Below are positions 11,196 to 24,846 of a stretch of DNA of 64,000 bases, in pieces. The notes below the pieces were generated by a model, which worked only from the letters and a program-made list of their open reading frames with translations, searched no databases and had not been told where the DNA came from. A program made the position numbers and the translations under genes. The DNA lies in contig JABTUH010000016.1 of the NCBI GenBank assembly GCA_015075455.1, forward strand, positions 128,001 to 192,000, given 5' to 3'. How positions within the stretch are numbered: position 1 is the first letter of the stretch; the number at the start of each line of letters is the position of its first letter. This stretch comes from Kofleriaceae bacterium (GTDB lineage: Bacteria > Myxococcota_A > Polyangia > Haliangiales > Haliangiaceae).

Positions 11196-11417
11196 GGGGC
11201 CGTGGCGGCCGGCATCGCCGGCGCGGGCGCGCGTCACCCCGGTCGGGCACAGATCGTCGCGCGCCGCGGCCCATCACCACGGACGCCGGTACGTCGCCGC
11301 TCGCCGCGACCTTCCCGCGCGGCCGCACGATCGGATCGATCGCGCGCGTCGCCCGATCTCCGGCGCCGAGTGCGCGCGCGTCCGGTCCAGATCGCGGCGC
11401 TCGTCGTACGCGGCGCC

Positions 11418-14146
11418 ATGCACCTCCCACGCTGCTCCTCCCTGGTCGCGGTGCTCGTCACCGCGCTCACGTTCTCCGCCTGCGCCGATCGGCCACCGGG
11501 CGCTCCGAGCCCGACGCCGACGCCGCTCGTCCGGCGCCGCGTCGCCGTCCGCCGCCGCGACCGCGACCGATCCTGCGCTCGCCGCGGTCGGCCACCACTT
11601 CGCCCCCGGCCAGGTCATCGCCAAGCTGACGCGCGCGATCGATCCGGCCGCGCCGCTCGACCTCGCCGGCCTCACGCAGCGGCCGCTGAAGCCGCTGCCG
11701 TCCGGCACCTGGCTCATGCAGCTCGATGACGGCCACCTCGCCCCGTCGCGCCGACGTGGCGGCCTCGAACGCTCGACGCCCTCGATCAGCTCCGCGCCGA
11801 TCCCGCCGTCGAGTACGCGCACGAGAACGCCGCCTTCGCGCTGTCGCTCGCCCCCAGCGATCGGCCGAGGCGCACCCGGTGAGCGGGCGCCAGGCCTGGG
11901 CGCTCCACCAGACCAACCTGTACGCGGCCTGGGACGTGACCCAGGGGTCGACCGGCGTGCGCATCGCGCTCATCGACTCCGGCCGGCGCGAGCACCCCGA
12001 CCTCGTCGGCCGCTGGGCCGCCGCCGCGACTTCATCTGGGACGACGCCGACCCCACCGACGATCCGGCCACCCACCCCGGAGGCTTCGACATCTCCTCGG
12101 CGTCCACGTCGCCGGGATCGCCGGCGCCCGCGCCAACAACGCCACCGGCGGCGCCGGCGTGCTGGAACTGTCCGCTCGTCCCGCTGCGCGTGACCCCGTC
12201 GTTCAGCACCGCGCTCAACCCGATCGGGATCGCCTACGTCGCCGAGCTGAGCTGGCCGTGGCCTGGGCCGCCGGGCCTGACGGCGGTCCCCGCCGGGCCG
12301 AGGTCATCAACTTCAGCCTCAACCACCAGACCCTCACCGAGCGCCACTGCCACCGTTCACTGTTCACCGGCTTCCGCCAGCAGGTCGAGCGCGCGATCGC
12401 GCGCGGCGTCGTGGTCGTGAGCTCGGCTGGCAACCTGCCCACGCAGAACGGCGTCACCGCGCCGCGGGTGCCGGCGACCTGCCCCGGCGTGATCGCGGTG
12501 ATCGCCAGCGCACGTCCGGCACGATCCCGGCGTACTGGCGCGCGCGCGCCGGCACTGACCTGGTGGCGCCCGGCGGCGGCCTCGACCTGAGAGATGCACT
12601 ACGGCGCGGGCGTGGGCTGCCCGACCCCGATCTGCGACGGCGATGGCACCCAGGGCGTGTTCGCGCCGTGGTCGTACCGAGGACGGCGGCCCGGACCTGC
12701 ACTGCTACCGTCACCTGTCGGGGACGTCGATGGCCGCGCCCCACGTCAGCGGCGTGGTGGCGCTGATGCGGTCGGTCAACGCGTCCCTGACCCCGGCCCA
12801 GATCGAGCAGTCTTCGCGGCCACCGCCCGCCTCGATCGGGTCACCTGTCCGGCTCCCGGACAGTGCGCCAGCCGGCATGATCGACGCCCACGCCGCGGTG
12901 CTGGCCGCGGCGACGGGCTCGGCCCCGATCTCGTGGTCACGCCGACCGCGCTCGCCTTCCCGCCGACGCGCCTGACCACGACCTCGGCGCAAGTCGCGCT
13001 CGCCGTGCGCAACGCCGCCGCCGGCACCCTCACCGCCCAGATCGGGGCCCCGCCCCAGCTCCTCCTGGCCTGCGCCGGCGGCCCCTGCTCGCCGCAGCTC
13101 GGCGGCGGCCTGCACCGTGTCGGCCGGCGGCGGCCAGCAGGTCGACCCTGCACGTGCGCTACGCCCCCACCGCCGCCGGCCCGTTCGCGGCCAACCTCAC
13201 CGTGCAGTCGAACGATCCCCGGCGAGCCGTCGGTGGTGGTCCGCGGTCACCGGCACCGGCACCGTCAGCGTGGCCAGCATCTCGCCCGACGTCATGCACT
13301 TCGGCTTCGTCCCGGTCGGCACGACGTCGCCGGCGCGACCGTGACCCTGGTCAACGCCGGCACCGCGCCGCTGACGCTCACCGCGCTGTCGCCCACCGCG
13401 CCACGTCGGGGACTACGTGATCACGCCGGTGACGCCGGTGCCGACCACGGTCGCGCCCGGCGGCTCGGCCACGGTCGCCGTCCGCTGCGCGCCGACCTCG
13501 GCTGGCCGCAAGACGATCATGCTGCGCTGGTCAACGACGCCAACGTCCCGGGCCAGCTGGTCGACATCCGCTGCGAGGCGGTCGCCCCCGAGGCCCGGCT
13601 GGTCGTCGCCGACCCCGGCCTTCGCACTTCGGCGGCGTCCCGGTCGGGACGGCCGCGAGCCGCGCCGTGTACGTCCTCAACGTCTCGCCGGGCACCACGA
13701 CGCTGGCGTTCACCCTGAGCCGACCGGCTGCCGCGCGGTTCCGCCTCACCTGCACCTCGGGCTGCGCGTGCACGACCACCGCGTGCGCACGGCACGGTCA
13801 CCAGCGGCCAGGGCGCGAGGCGCGCCTGACCCGAGGAGTACGCGCCGACCGCGATCACCAGCCACGCCGCGACCCTGGCCTTCACCTCGACCGCCCCGCC
13901 AACCTGCCCACCGCGTCGATCGCGACGACCGGCACCGGCGTCCCCGGGCGGCTCGAGGTGCTCGGTCCGACGAGCGGCGCCCATGAGCTCACCGACGGGG
14001 CGCTCACGGGATCCGTGATCGTCCGCAACCCGGGGCGCCCTGCCGGTCGCGCTCGGGGGCTGGACCGTCGCCGCCCGCGACGAAGGCGGACGACGTCTTC
14101 ACGGTGTCCGGTCCCAAGCTCGCCTCGCTGGCGCCGGGCGCGGTGA
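11418..14146 (+). pseudogene. Secreted S8 (subtilisin-like) serine peptidase lipoprotein with C-terminal choice-of-anchor-D-like beta-sandwich repeats. Many frameshifts.
   Basis: Lipobox MHLPRCSSLVAVLVTALTFSAC. Propeptide HFAPGQVIAKLTRAIDPAAPLDLAGL. Catalytic regions VRIALIDSG (Asp), HGTHVAGIAGARANNATGGAGV (His), VVVVSSAGN, and YRHLSGTSMAAPHVSGVVALMRSVNASLTPAQIEQ (Ser). Then repeated LTVQSNDP / VTLVNAGTAPLTLTAL modules. Fragments lie in all 3 frames. Confidence 0.65.
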
Positions 14147-14320
14147 CGAGCTGGAGCGTCACCTGCGCGCCGACCGCTCCGCACCGGCGCCGGAGGAGAC
14201 CGGGGCGGCTCCTCCTCGTGGTCGACGGCACCATAGTACAACCTCGTCGAGCTGGTCTGCCGGGTGGGCCCGTCCTGACGCGCCGCCGCGCCCCCGCCGC
14301 CCCGGACCGCCGCGCCGCCG

Positions 14321-16740
<2,420 letters not shown>

Positions 16741-17630
16741 CGTCCGGGTCCCCGCCCGGGACGCAGTCAGCGCTTGCCGAACATGCGGCTCGCCATGCGC
16801 CGACCCCCGGGGAAGCAAGTTCCGGGCAAGCCCTGGTGGCCCGGGCGGGTGATCCGCGCGGCTCCGGATCCGGAGCGGATCTGGTTGGAGACTGGCGTCG
16901 GTTTTGTCGGGTAGTTCTGCCATACCCACCGTGGCATCTGAGCCATATCGCCCGCTCGGCGTGGATCGGCTAACGCCGCGCGGCGGCGAGGAGATCCGCA
17001 CCGGACCCGCGTGAGGCTCCATACGGTCGGCAGGGACGGTATGGCGAGTGCGCTATCTGATGGCGCCGCCCGCGGTCACCCACGCACCTCGAGGTCTCGT
17101 CATCTCGTCGTCGACAACGCCCGGGCGCAGGCGCTGACCCGCGCGTGGGACCGCTACGACGATCCCTCGATCGCCGCGGTCGACGTCTACCGCTGGTCCC
17201 CACCACCGACGTCGATGCTGGTCGCCGTCCACCTCCACAGCGGGCGCTGACCGCGGGCGCTGGATCGGCCAGGTGGTGGCGAGCGGCGCTGGCGGTGATC
17301 GATCCCGCGCGCATGGGCGACGGCGATCGGCGCGCGTTCTTCGCGACCTACCTGCAGTCGTACGAGGTCGTCGCGCGCGGTCCCCGGCGTGTGGCGCGAG
17401 CGATGAGCGCGCTGCGGCCGACCGCACGGCGCGCGCCGCCCGCCAGGCTTCGTTACGCTGCTCGCGATCCGCGCGGCGGGGCCCCGCCGCCCGGTCGGCC
17501 GCGGGCCGCCGCCGGCGCGGCCGGCGACCGAGCGACCGCGCGCGCGCTGCCGATCCGGCCGGGCCACGCCGAGCCCGCGCGCCACCACCCTCGGCCTGGG
17601 CGCGATCCGCGAGCCGGCGGCGGCGATCGC

Positions 17631-18733
17631 ATGACGACGCCGGGCGGCCTGAGCGCGCGGCGGCGCGAGAGCTCGCGCGAGCAGACGACGAGGACGCGGC
17701 CCAGGCCCGGGAGCGGGCGCCCACGGTCGAGTACCGCGGCCGCGACACCGAGCCGCTCGCGCCGCCGCCGGCGACCGAGCCGACGGAGCCGGTCACCGTG
17801 CGCTTCCTGCGCGGCGGCTCGTGGGCGCCGGCGCGCCTGCGCTCGCTGTCGGCGCGCGGCGCCTACCTGGTCACCGGCGCGCCGCCGCGGCTCGGCGACG
17901 AGGTCCACATCGCCCTCGACCTCGCCGAGGTCTCGGCGGTCGTGAAGGGCACCGTCTACCACGTGACCACGGCCCGCGACGCCGCCGAGACCGGCTCGAG
18001 CGGCTTCGCGGTCCGCTTCGCCACCGAGCCCGGGCCCGCGCGCGATCGGCTCGTCGAGCTCCTGCAGCGCGCGCGCGGCGCGGGCATCGTGATCCGGCCG
18101 CCGCCGTCGCGGACGTCGGTGCGCTTCCCGGTGCGCTGCCCGGTGGCGCTGCGCGGCGGCGACGGCATCGAGGGCGACGTCCTCGACGTCTCGCTGGGCG
18201 GCCTGTTCATCAGCCCGCGCCGGCCGCTGCGCGATCCGGTGGTGACCGCGGTCGTGCCCATCGACGTCGGCGATCCGCCGATCGAGCTGCGGGCGCGGGT
18301 GGCGCGCGCGATCAGCTCGGCCGACGCGGTCAAGCGCGGCCTCACCGCCGGCTACGGCCTCGAGATCGTCGACATGAGCGAGGGCGACCGCGTGCGCTGG
18401 AGCCGCTTCCTGTCGCGGGTGGAGCGCCGCGCCGGCAAGTCGGTGCTGGTGGGGGCGGCGCCGCGCCGGCTCGAGGCCATCGCCCGCGCCCTCACCGACG
18501 CCGGCTACGCCGTGACCTCGAGCGCCGACGCCGGCGCCCTGGTCCGCCTCGCCGACGGCCCCACCCTCCCCGACGTCGCGGTCATCGACGAGAGCCTGCT
18601 CGACCAGGGGGTGAGCGCGGTCTGGCTCGAGCAGATGTTCACGCAGCGCCAGGTGCCGTGCATCACGGTGCGCGGCGACGCCGCCCGCGCCCGCATGGTC
18701 GTCGATCGGTTGCTGGCGGTCGCGGCGAGCTGA
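17631..18733 (+). CDS. PilZ-domain protein (two PilZ-like c-di-GMP-binding domains) with a C-terminal receiver-like (REC) domain. The start is uncertain, and a frameshift just after the ATG at 17631 is probable.
   Basis: VTVRFLRGGSWAPARLRSLSARGAYLVTG..VHIALDL and VRFPVRCPVALRGG..GDVLDVSLGGLFI (PilZ-type). C-terminal KSVLVGAAP..AGYAVTSSADAGALVRLA...PDVAVIDESLL is REC-like. Confidence 0.55.
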
Positions 18734-18739
18734 CGCGGA

Positions 18740-18905
18740 CTGTGGGCCACTGGCCGCGGGTGCGAGGCCGGGGCCGGGGCCGAGGCCGGGGCCGAGCCCG
18801 GGGCCGAGGCCGGATCCGAGCCCGAGCCCGGATCCGAGCCCGAGCCCGGATCCGAGGGGGCCGAGCCCGAGACCGAGCCCGAGGCCGGGTCCGAACCCGA
18901 GTCCG
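18740..18905. repeat. Hexanucleotide-periodic (GNCCGR)n tract, ~27 units (ggccggggccgaggccgg...gcccgagcccggatccgag).
   Basis: Direct reading. Same repeat family as 1600-2035. Lies between the PilZ gene stop and the next gene start. Confidence 0.7.
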
Positions 18906-19030
18906 AGGCCACGCTCACCAGGCTTTGCCACTCCCCGCCACCCGCGGCGGGCAACCGCGGCGGCTACGATGGGTCTCCTTCGCAGCCGACCTCCCTCCCC
19001 GGCTGCGCGCGCGTCGCGCGAGGTGATGGC

Positions 19031-22000
19031 ATGAACCGACGACTCCTCCTCGTCCTGGGGCTGGCCGCGCTCGCGGCCGCGCTCGCGATCTACGTCCTGC
19101 GGAGCGATCGCGGTCGCGGCGACCGCGCGGCCTCCACGACCGCGAGCGGCCCCGCCGCCGGCGCGGCGGCGGGGCGCGGCGGCGCCCGCGCCGGCACCGG
19201 CGTCGTCGATCCGCGCACGCAGCGGCCGGCGTCGATCGCGGGCACGATCCGCACCGACGGCGGCGGGCCGCTCGCCGGCGCGCGGGTGTGCACGTCCTGG
19301 TTCGCCGAGGGCGCCACCGACGACGACCGGCGCGAGCCCACCTGCACCAGCAGCGGCGGCGACGGCGCGTACCTCCTGCGCGCCGTCGTCCCCGGCACCC
19401 ACCGCGTCTTCGCCTTCGCCGACGGCCACCTGCCGGCGGCGTGGCGCGACCCCGATCCCGAGCGCGACCGGGCGTGGTTCGAGCTCGCCCCCGGCCAGGC
19501 GCGTACCGGCGTCGACCTCGCGCTGGCGCCGGGCGGCGCGGCGGTGAGCGGCGTGGTCGAGGACGTGAGCGGCGGGCCGGTGGCCGACGCCGTGGTGGAG
19601 ATCCGGGCCGACCGCGGGTGGTGGTCGCGGGGCGAGGCGCGGACGATCACCCGCAGCGACGAGCACGGGCGCTTCACGACCTGGACCCGCGCCGGGCAGA
19701 TCACGGTCTCGGCGGCGGCCGACGGCTACGCCCCGGGCAACGCCAGCGCGGTGGCGCCGTCGACCCAGATCGTCGTCCTGCTGACGCCGGAGTCGGTGCT
19801 GGCCGGGCGCGTGATCGAGGCCGGCAGCGGCGCCCCGGTGCCCGACGCCATCGTCAGCGTCGGCGACTGGCGCGCCGGCGACGAGAGCAGCGACGCCAGC
19901 ACCCGCACCGACGCCGACGGCCGCTTCCGCCTGACCCGCCTCAGCCCCGGCCGCTACAAGCCGGGCGCGACCGCGCGCGGCCGCTTCGGCGAGCCGGGCG
20001 AGAGCGTGCTGCTGGGGCTGGGGCAGACCATCGAGGACGTGGTGATCGAGGTCCACGCCGCCGCCGCGGTCCGCGGCCGGGTCGTGATCGAGGACGGCGC
20101 CGCCACCCGGCCGTGCGCCGACGCCTGGGTCAGCCTGCGCGACGCCACCGCCGACCGCTGGCAGGGCGACAGCGCCGACGACGACGGCCGGGTCGAGCTG
20201 ATCTCGGTGCTGCCCGGCCGCTACGAGGTGAGCATCCACTGCGAGGGCTACCTGGCGCGCGACCGCTACGACGCCGTGGTGGTGGCGTCCGCCGACCTCG
20301 ACGGCCTGGTGTGGACGGTCGGCCCCGGCGGTCGCATCCGCGGCACGGTCCGCACCTCCGGCGGCGAGCCGGTCGCCGACGCCAGCGTGTCGGCGCGGGT
20401 CGCGGACGGCGCCGCCCGCGCCCAGCGGAGCTGGGGACACGACACCAGCCGCGCCGACGGCACGTTCCGCATGAAGGGCCTCGCCGCCGGCGACTACGCC
20501 GTCGAGGTCCAGGCCAGCGGTCAGCGCGGGCCCGACGAGGCGCCGCGGGTGACGGTGCCGCCCGGCGGCGAGGGGACGCTCGACGTGGTCCTGCCCGCCG
20601 GCGGCACGATCGCCGGCGCCGTCGTCGACACCGACGGCAAGCCGGTGAGCGGCGCCCGGGTCCGGGTCGCCAACGACGGCTGGAGCTGGGGCGCCGGCGA
20701 GGGCCGCACCGACGACGACGGCCGCTTCGCGATCGAGGGCGTGCGCCCGGGCGAGCGCCGGGTGGTCGCCAGCCGCGGCTGGTCGCAGACGATGCGCCGG
20801 CCCGGCTCGAGCGACGACGACGTGCAGGGCGAGCGGGTGACGTGGCCGCCGGCGCCACCGCCACGGTGCGGCTGGTGGTCGAGGCCCGCTCCGGCGTCAT
20901 CCGCGGCGCGGTCACCGACGAGCGCGGCCAGCCGGTGGGCGACGCCTGGGTGATCGCGTCGCGGGTGTCGGAGGCCAGCGGTCGCCTCGCCAGCAGCGCC
21001 GCCCGCGACACGCGGTGGAGCTGGGGCCGCGACGACCGCCCGGTCATCACCGGCCCCGACGGCCGCTTCGCCGTGCGCGAGCTGGCGCCCGGCCGCTACG
21101 CCGTGCGCGCCTACCGCCGCGGCGGCGGCGAGGCGGTGGCCGAGCAGGTCGAGGTCGGCGCGACGGTGTCCCTGGTGATCCGCGCCACCGGCAGCCTCGC
21201 CGGCACCGTCGCCGTCGCCGGCGGCGGCGCGCCGCCCGACGAGCTGCACGTCGCGGTCAGCGACGAGCAGACCGGGTTCTCGCGACGCGAGCGCTTCTTC
21301 CGGACCGGCGGCGCGTTCGCGTGCGCGTCGACCTGCCGGCCGGCACCTTCGTCGTGAGCGCTTGACGCCGCCGGCGGGCGCGGCCCTGGCCGTCCGACGC
21401 TGCGCCACCGGCGAGCGCCAGACCGGGCTGACGCTGGTGCTCGAGCGCAAGGTCCGGGTGCGCGGGCGCATGGTCGAGCTCGGCACGACCACGCCGGTGG
21501 CCGGGCTGCAGGCGATCGTGCAGCCCGTCCGGGGAGTGAGCACGAGCACCTTCGTCATGAGCGAGAGCGGTGACCGCCAGCACATCAGCGGCGACGACGG
21601 CCGCTTCGAGCTCGCCGACGTCCCGACCGGCAAGAGCTGGCTCGTGGCGTGGCCGCTCGCCTGGGACAGCTCGCCGTGGGCCGGCAGCCGCACCTACGTC
21701 GAGCTCGACGCCGCGGCCGGCGCGGTGATCGACGTCGGCGACGTCGAGGTCCTGCGCCGGCGCAAGCGGACGAGCGAGCCCGACGGCGATCTGGGGTTCA
21801 CGCTGGTCCAGCAGCCGCCCGGTCAGGATCCACCGCTGACCCGGCTCGAGGTCGCGTTGGTGCGGCCGCAGGGTCCGGCGGCGCGCGCGGGGCTGGCGGT
21901 CGGCGACGTGATCGTGTCGGTCGACGGCCACGACGTGCGGGGCGCGCTCAGCAGCCGCGCCCGGCCGCTGTGGAACGTGCTCGAGGGCACGGAGGTGACG

Positions 22001-22054
22001 CTGGGCCTGGCCCGCGGCGCCTCGGTCCGGATCAAGGCCGGACCGCCCCTGTGA
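19031..22054 (+). pseudogene. Large membrane-anchored protein with multiple carboxypeptidase-regulatory-like (CarboxypepD_reg) beta-sandwich repeats and a C-terminal PDZ domain. 2 frameshifts (~20830 and ~21340).
   Basis: N-terminal transmembrane segment MNRRLLLVLGLAALAAALAIYVL. Repeated ..AGRV/GTV..DGRF..LPGRY.. modules. C-terminal GDLGFTLVQQP...ARAGLAVGDVIVSVDGHDVRG (PDZ). Three consecutive ORFs in different frames read through one another. Confidence 0.6.
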
Positions 22055-22301
22055 CCCGGATCGCCCGCGCGCCGCCGGCGAAGCGGATGAGGTGAACGCG
22101 CGGGCCCTGCGACGCGCGCGGCTTGCGCGGTCCCGGGGCCCCTGCGCAACACCCCCAACGGGCGTTCACGCCTGGTGGCCGGACCTCCTGGGTTCGCACC
22201 TCTCCAAGCGGCTGATCTTGCACACCTCAGGGCCGCCTCACGGGTCCGGACCGGAGGATGCAATCGCCAGACGGTGTACGATCAAGCCCAGAGGAAACCC
22301 C

Positions 22302-22955
22302 ATGAAGCGTAGCCACCTCGTTGCCCTCGCCGCCGTCACCCTCGCCCCGGCCGCCGCCGCCGCTCAGCCTGGCTACGGGGCGCCCCCGCCCCCGCCGCCA
22401 CCGCAGGGCTATTACTCGCAGCCGCCGACGATCCCCGGCGGCTTCCACGACCGCACCGGCCGCATGGCCCTCGGCTTCTCGCTCGGCCTGGGCGGGCTGA
22501 ACGTCGGCGGCGAGGAGGTGACCTGCCCGTCGTGCGACTACGATCCGCTCGCGGTCGAGTTCGACTTCCACATCGGCGGCATGCTGTCGCCGCGCTTCGC
22601 GCTCCTGTTCGAGGTCCAGGCCAACGGCCAGACCATCGCCGAGAACGCGTACGGCGCCGCCAGCCTGGTCCAGGCCACCGCCATGGTCGCCGGCCAGTAC
22701 TGGCTGACCCCGCAGCTCTGGGTCAAGGGCGGCATCGGCGCCGCCAGCCTGTCGTACAGCTACGACGACGGCTACGCCTCGGACAGCGAGAACATCGGCG
22801 AGGGCATGGCGGTCATGGGCGCCATCGGCTACGAGGTGCTGAGCGCGCCCACGTTCTCGATCGACCTGCAGGGCCGCATCATCTCGGGCAGCTACGACTC
22901 GTTCGACGAGAACGTCACCGCGGGCTCGATCGGCGTCGGCTTCAACTGGTACTGA
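22302..22955 (+). CDS. Outer-membrane beta-barrel protein (porin / OmpA-like barrel family), signal peptide MKRSHLVALAAVTLAPAAAAAQ.
   Basis: Intact 217-aa ORF. RBS GAGGAA 6 bp upstream. Alternating beta-strand pattern ending in aromatic ..GVGFNWY. Confidence 0.75.
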   Translation: MKRSHLVALAAVTLAPAAAAAQPGYGAPPPPPPPQGYYSQPPTIPGGFHDRTGRMALGFSLGLGGLNVGGEEVTCPSCDYDPLAVEFDFHIGGMLSPRFALLFEVQANGQTIAENAYGAASLVQATAMVAGQYWLTPQLWVKGGIGAASLSYSYDDGYASDSENIGEGMAVMGAIGYEVLSAPTFSIDLQGRIISGSYDSFDENVTAGSIGVGFNWY

Positions 22956-23052
22956 CGCGACGTCTGGGCGCCGCACGGCGACGCGGTGACGACGGCCGGC
23001 CTCGCGCCGGCCGTCGCGTTTTCGGCGCCCGCGGCCCCGCGGACCGCCCTCG

Positions 23053-23643
23053 TCACGGCGTCGCCGCGGCGATGGACGGCGCGATCGGGTCGGGCACGCG
23101 GTTCTTGACCGGCGGGATCGACCGCAGGTAGGCGAACATCGCGCGCAGGTCGTCGTCGGTCAGCGTGGCGATCAGCTCGGCCGGCATCGGCGGCAGGAGC
23201 GGCCGGCCCTTGCCCATGTGGCGCGCGTTGCGGATCGTGTCGATGAAGGTCTGGGCGTCCCACGTGCCGAGACCGGTCTCCGGGTCCGGCGTCAGGTTGG
23301 CGGTGAAGCTCACGCCCCACGGCCCGCTCCACGCCGTCATGGTGTCGGTCGTCGACACGTTCCACGGCCCCTGCGCGGCAGGGGGCGGCGGGACCACGAC
23401 GTCCTGCGGATGCCCGGCGAGGAGGTGGGCCTCGTCGCGCTCGGGGCCGTTCGGCCCCAGCTTCATCGGCGTGTGGCAGTCGTTGCACAGCGCGGCGGTG
23501 ACGAGGTACTTGCCGCGCGCCACGGGATCGTCGGCGGCCGGCGCCGGCTCGCGCGAGCCGCAGGCGGCCAGCGCGCCGGCGGCCAGCGCGAGCGCGGCGC
23601 CGAGGTAGCGGGGGGAGGGGATCGAGGCAAGACGGATCGTCAT
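23053..23643 (-). CDS. c-type cytochrome (CNDCH haem-binding motif), secreted/lipoprotein-like N-terminus.
   Basis: Intact ORF MTIRLASIPSPRYLGAALALAAGALAACG...GKYLVTAALCNDCHTP..., AGGAG RBS upstream. Confidence 0.75.
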   Translation of the reverse strand: MTIRLASIPSPRYLGAALALAAGALAACGSREPAPAADDPVARGKYLVTAALCNDCHTPMKLGPNGPERDEAHLLAGHPQDVVVPPPPAAQGPWNVSTTDTMTAWSGPWGVSFTANLTPDPETGLGTWDAQTFIDTIRNARHMGKGRPLLPPMPAELIATLTDDDLRAMFAYLRSIPPVKNRVPDPIAPSIAAATP

Positions 23644-23704
23644 CTGGGTCTCCTGGTTGGCGGGCGAGCGTTGCGAGGGCGGTGGTCCAGCGCGCGGGCG
23701 CCGG

Positions 23705-24764
23705 TCAGTCGAGCTCCGTGATCCAGCGCGCGAGGAGCGCGACGGCGGCGGCGTCGGTCCGCCGCGTGCCGAGCGGCGGCATCTGGTGCTGCGGGTCGCG
23801 CGAGCGGACCCGGGCGAGGAGGACGCTGGCGTCGGGGGCGCCGGGCGCGATCCGGACCCGCGCGGCGTCGGGATCGCCGGGCAAGGGCGCGCGGCCGATC
23901 CGACCGAGGGTGGTGCGCACCGCGGGATCGGTGGCGCCGCCGGGCTCGTCGAGGGCATGGCGCAGGTCGAGGCCGAGCTCGGCCAGCGCGCCGCGGTCGT
24001 CGTGGCAGCCGCCGCAGTTGCCGTGCAGGTCCGATGCCGAGGGCGGCCCTGCGACACGTCGGTGGGCGAGCGGCGGCGATGCGCGCGCGGCGCCCGCAGC
24101 GAGGTACGCCGGCGGCGGCCGACGCGAGCTCGCCGGAGCGTTCGCGGCTGCCTGGCGAGGTCGGCACGGCGCCGGCCGGCACGGGCTCGGCGTTAGGCGC
24201 CGCCGGATCGCGATCCGGCGAGAGCTGGAGCGCCGCGAAGCCGAGCACCGGCGTCGGCCCGTCGTGGCAGAGGCGACAGTCGCCGACCGCCGGCACCTCG
24301 TGCGGCGGCCCGCCGCCGACGTCGACGGCGGCGCCGCCCGGGACGAGCACCGCGTCGGCGCCGTCGCCGTCCCACAGGTAGGCGGCGAAGCGCCACGAGC
24401 CGTCGGCGACCCGCTCGATCATGCGGGTCTCCACCGGCCGGTCGAACGCGAACTCCTTCCACAGGCGCGTGCCGACCGGGAACACCCAGGCGTCCGGATC
24501 CGTCGCGTCGATCGCGGCGCCGGGCGGCAGGTAGATCCAGCGGCGCTTGGTGGCGCCGTCGGTCCACAGCGGATACTGGGGCGAGAACGGCCGCACGCCG
24601 GCGGCGAGGACGTCGACGGCGCCCGCGGCGTGGAGCCCGGTGTCGGCCAGGCGCACCGGCAGCGGCGCCACGTCGGCGTGGTCGGCGCCGGCGGTGGGCG
24701 CGCAGGCCTGGCCCGAGGCCACCAGGCCCGCGGCGAGGACGAGAGCGGAGGCGCGCGGCGTCAT
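23705..24764 (-). CDS. Second c-type cytochrome-domain protein (CRLCH motif) with signal peptide. One frameshift near ~24150.
   Basis: MTPRASALVLAAGLVASGQACA...WIYLPPGAAIDATDPDAWVFPVGTRLWKEFAF...GDCRLCHDGPTPVLGFAALQLSPDRDP. The C-terminus continues in another frame (..QMPPLGTRRTDAAAVALLARWITELD). Confidence 0.6.
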
Positions 24765-24846
24765 GCGCCCACCATGCCCACGATCGCGTCGCCGCGTTGC
24801 TAAGGGTTCGCTGTGCCTTCGCTAAATGTTCCCTAAGCGGAACCGA

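Noticed and set aside
16741-17270. Small ORF 17011..17250 (79 aa) and an AT-richer island upstream of lon, considered as an sRNA or small-protein gene.
   Set aside because: No conserved motif and no RBS. It is most simply the lon promoter or 5' UTR region, so it was not annotated as a feature.
17453-20440. Very long ORFs (e.g. 995 aa at 17453..20440 minus; 1359 aa at 45699..49778, N-terminal 700 aa; 877 aa at 9787..12420) that would imply giant genes.
   Set aside because: Their translations are Arg/Ala/Gly/Pro nonsense. They are antisense or out-of-frame read-through produced by stop-codon scarcity at 73% GC. Only the segments matching known families were kept.
22200-22300. Sigma-54-type promoter (TGGCTGATCTTGCA) upstream of the outer-membrane protein gene.
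   Set aside because: The spacing between the GG and GC elements is 2 nt shorter than the -24/-12 consensus.
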